From a bacterium (lineage in GTDB: Bacteria > Zixibacteria > MSB-5A5 > GN15 > FEB-12): a stretch of 64,000 nucleotides of DNA. The stretch covers positions 1-64,000 of the forward strand of contig JBDRNJ010000074.1 of the NCBI GenBank assembly GCA_043811375.1. The letters are read 5' to 3'. The translations under genes and the position numbers were made by a program. The notes below the pieces were generated by a model, which worked only from the letters and a program-made list of their open reading frames with translations, was not told the DNA's origin and did no database searches. Below are positions 61,839-64,000 of the stretch, in pieces; the stretch's first letter is position 1; every line of letters begins with the position of its first letter.

Positions 61839-62159
61839 CTACGACTGCGGGATCACGATCCTGTTGATTTTTATTTCACTGTACTGCTGGCGGTGTCCCT
61901 GCCGGCGGCGGTACTTCGTCCGACGTTTATACTTGTATATCTCCACCTTGTCATCCTTGCCGTCGCCCAGCACCTCAGCTTCTATTTTAGCGCCGTCGAC
62001 AAAGGGGTTGCCGATCAATGTGCTGTCGTCATCCTTTATCAACAGGATACTGTCGATGTCAATTTTGGAGCCCTTCTCGGCATCTCGATAAGGGATTTTA
62101 ACACAGGCTCCTTCCTCGACACTGAACTGGTGCCCGGCAAGTTCAAAAACAGCGTACAT
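61839..62159 (-). CDS. rplU: 50S ribosomal protein L21
   Basis: MYAVF..GHQF, KYKRRTKYRRRQGHRQ. Confidence 0.96.
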   Translation of the reverse strand: MYAVFELAGHQFSVEEGACVKIPYRDAEKGSKIDIDSILLIKDDDSTLIGNPFVDGAKIEAEVLGDGKDDKVEIYKYKRRTKYRRRQGHRQQYSEIKINRIVIPQS

Positions 62160-62576
62160 TTTATATCCTCCAGACGATATCGAAGCTCTTTATCCACTTT
62201 AAGTTAACCACACATATTAGTCTATTTGCCGCTCAAGTCAAGGCAATTCTCGCTGGTGCCACCACCCGGTTTATCATTAAACGGCAGGGGCTCCTGTTCG
62301 TTCCGAAAGTTCAATCCTACCGGATTCACCCGGCTCCAATTGAAACACCGGACCGTCATACTACGTACATTTACAATATGTAACATTAACGTGTATTTGG
62401 CCTTGACAAAAAACGGTTTATTGTTATTTTGCTACTGGTACTACATGAGCTTAATGGAGACGCCTATGAGGTGACAGTTTACTGATCAATTTCGTTTCCC
62501 TTCAAGCCCTCACGAGCAAGTACAGCAAAGAAAAAATAAAACTGAACCAAATAACAGCGCAAAGGAGAAAAAGCAT

Positions 62577-64000
62577 ATGAATTCGCGCATGAGAATGGTT
62601 CTGATGGCAGGTGTCTGCCTGGTCGCCGTCTTCTCTCTGGTTTGGGCGACCGGACCGGACGAACAGGCAACGGCGCCAACTGCCAACGGAAACCTGAAAG
62701 CCCTGTCTTTCAACAAGGTCACGCCGGCGCAGGTTTCCTCAAATAAAGCAGCCTTATCTATCCAGGGCGAACAAACTGCTTTCGGGGCAGCCTCAACGGA
62801 ACCGGAACCCGATTACTACTTCAGTTCCGGACGCCAGGGAGGCGATGTATTTTCCTCGGCCTTACAGATTCCCGGATACCCTTATCTGGACAGCGGTACC
62901 ACGGTCGGCTACAACCATGACTACGCTGATACCTGCGGCTCCTACCCGGAATCTTCAGCACCGGATGTCGTCTATAAGTTCACTCCGGCGGAGAGTCTGT
63001 TTGTTACCGTCGCACTCTGCCAGTCATCGTACTACACCCGGCTGACGGTCTATGAAGATTCGACCGACATGATCGCCTGCAACCGCTACAACACCTACTG
63101 CGCCACCCCCCGGTCAGCCATCGAAAACATAGAGATGTACACCGGTGTCACATACTACATGGTGGTCAGCGGCGACCATTCATCGTCGCCGAATCAGGGC
63201 GATTACGTGCTGGAGTTAACCGCCGAGCCGATGCCGGAGTACACTGACTCGGTCCGGCTGCACCCGACTCTGGCCGACAACGGCAACGGCATACTCGGCA
63301 TGGGCTATGACTTCAATAATGGCGTTGATTCCGCCCAGTTCTGGTTCGGTTCCGCCGATGACGGCGCCAGTTGGCCGGCTGGTGGTAGTTTTACTTTGGC
63401 TGGATGGACCAAGTATCCCAGCCTTGATTACCAGGGTTTTGACACCATGTTCTTCGGCACCTGTGTCCCCCATGCCGCTGAAGCCAATGGCGCCCGCACC
63501 TGCCGGCTCACAATGCCCAACCCGCCCGGAGGTAACTGGTCACTCAGCACCTGGGGCTGGGAAAGCTATGGCTGGCACGATATGAAAATGGCCGATATCG
63601 CCTGTGACGACTCCAAAACATTCCCTCCCCCGCACGACGCTGAGTACTGCATGGGTATAATCTCAATGGTACACAGCAGTACTTATGAAGATGGGGGCCA
63701 GATAGTCGGTGATAACTCACCGCATATCTTCTACGAGGGCGATTCGTCATCGAGCGGCTGGATCGGCTGGCTCTGGGAACTCGAAGGCTGCAACTCCACC
63801 ACCATTGACATCGACAAGATCACCGGACTCTCGTACCAGGTGTTTGACTGGTGGAACCCTGACTCCAGTCGCTGGGAACTGGTGATCTGGCGCAACTATT
63901 TCAGGGATATGAACAATGCCACCTGGGATGCCGCCCTGGTATACAACCTTGATTCTAACGAGTATGCTCAGAACCCGGCCGTTGCCGTCCACGACGGCAG
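62577..64000 (+). CDS. Large secreted protein, 3'-truncated (not in ORF track)
   Basis: AAGGAG SD, signal peptide, RQGGD..GTTVGY..APDVVY domain, Asp-box SADDGASW; frame appears open to window end. Confidence 0.8.
   Translation, partial: MNSRMRMVLMAGVCLVAVFSLVWATGPDEQATAPTANGNLKALSFNKVTPAQVSSNKAALSIQGEQTAFGAASTEPEPDYYFSSGRQGGDVFSSALQIPGYPYLDSGTTVGYNHDYADTCGSYPESSAPDVVYKFTPAESLFVTVALCQSSYYTRLTVYEDSTDMIACNRYNTYCATPRSAIENIEMYTGVTYYMVVSGDHSSSPNQGDYVLELTAEPMPEYTDSVRLHPTLADNGNGILGMGYDFNNGVDSAQFWFGSADDGASWPAGGSFTLAGWTKYPSLDYQGFDTMFFGTCVPHAAEANGARTCRLTMPNPPGGNWSLSTWGWESYGWHDMKMADIACDDSKTFPPPHDAEYCMGIISMVHSSTYEDGGQIVGDNSPHIFYEGDSSSSGWIGWLWELEGCNSTTIDIDKITGLSYQVFDWWNPDSSRWELVIWRNYFRDMNNATWDAALVYNLDSNEYAQNPAVAVHDG

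Overview
Bacterial chromosomal window of roughly 55% GC by eye. It carries many secreted proteins with dockerin, cohesin-like or T9SS-type C-terminal domains, which suggests a Zixibacteria/FCB-like diderm (inference, not a database result). Housekeeping and envelope loci include rdgB, mlaDFE, a ThiI-like gene, an OPT transporter, mreCD-mrdA-rodA, accA, a GT2/GT-C glycosylation cluster, cysKE and rplU-bamA-skp-lpxD. The standout is a ~15.8 kb minus-strand cluster (16134-31908) with an apparently intact phage DNA-packaging and head module: portal, large terminase, prohead protease, decoration protein, HK97-like capsid, beta-propeller, head-tail adaptor and holin-like genes. It has no recognisable integrase, repressor, replication, tape-measure or tail-tube genes, and it is interleaved with host genes, so it is a candidate domesticated GTA-like particle. 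Other notable items are a candidate sigma54-dependent structured sRNA with paired upstream activator sites, an ATA start for the terminase, a dockerin metalloprotease split by two +1 homopolymer frameshifts, a 63-bp duplicated gene start, a conserved 3' element after two dockerin genes, and several REP-like repeat families. All calls come from motif reading only; no searches were run.
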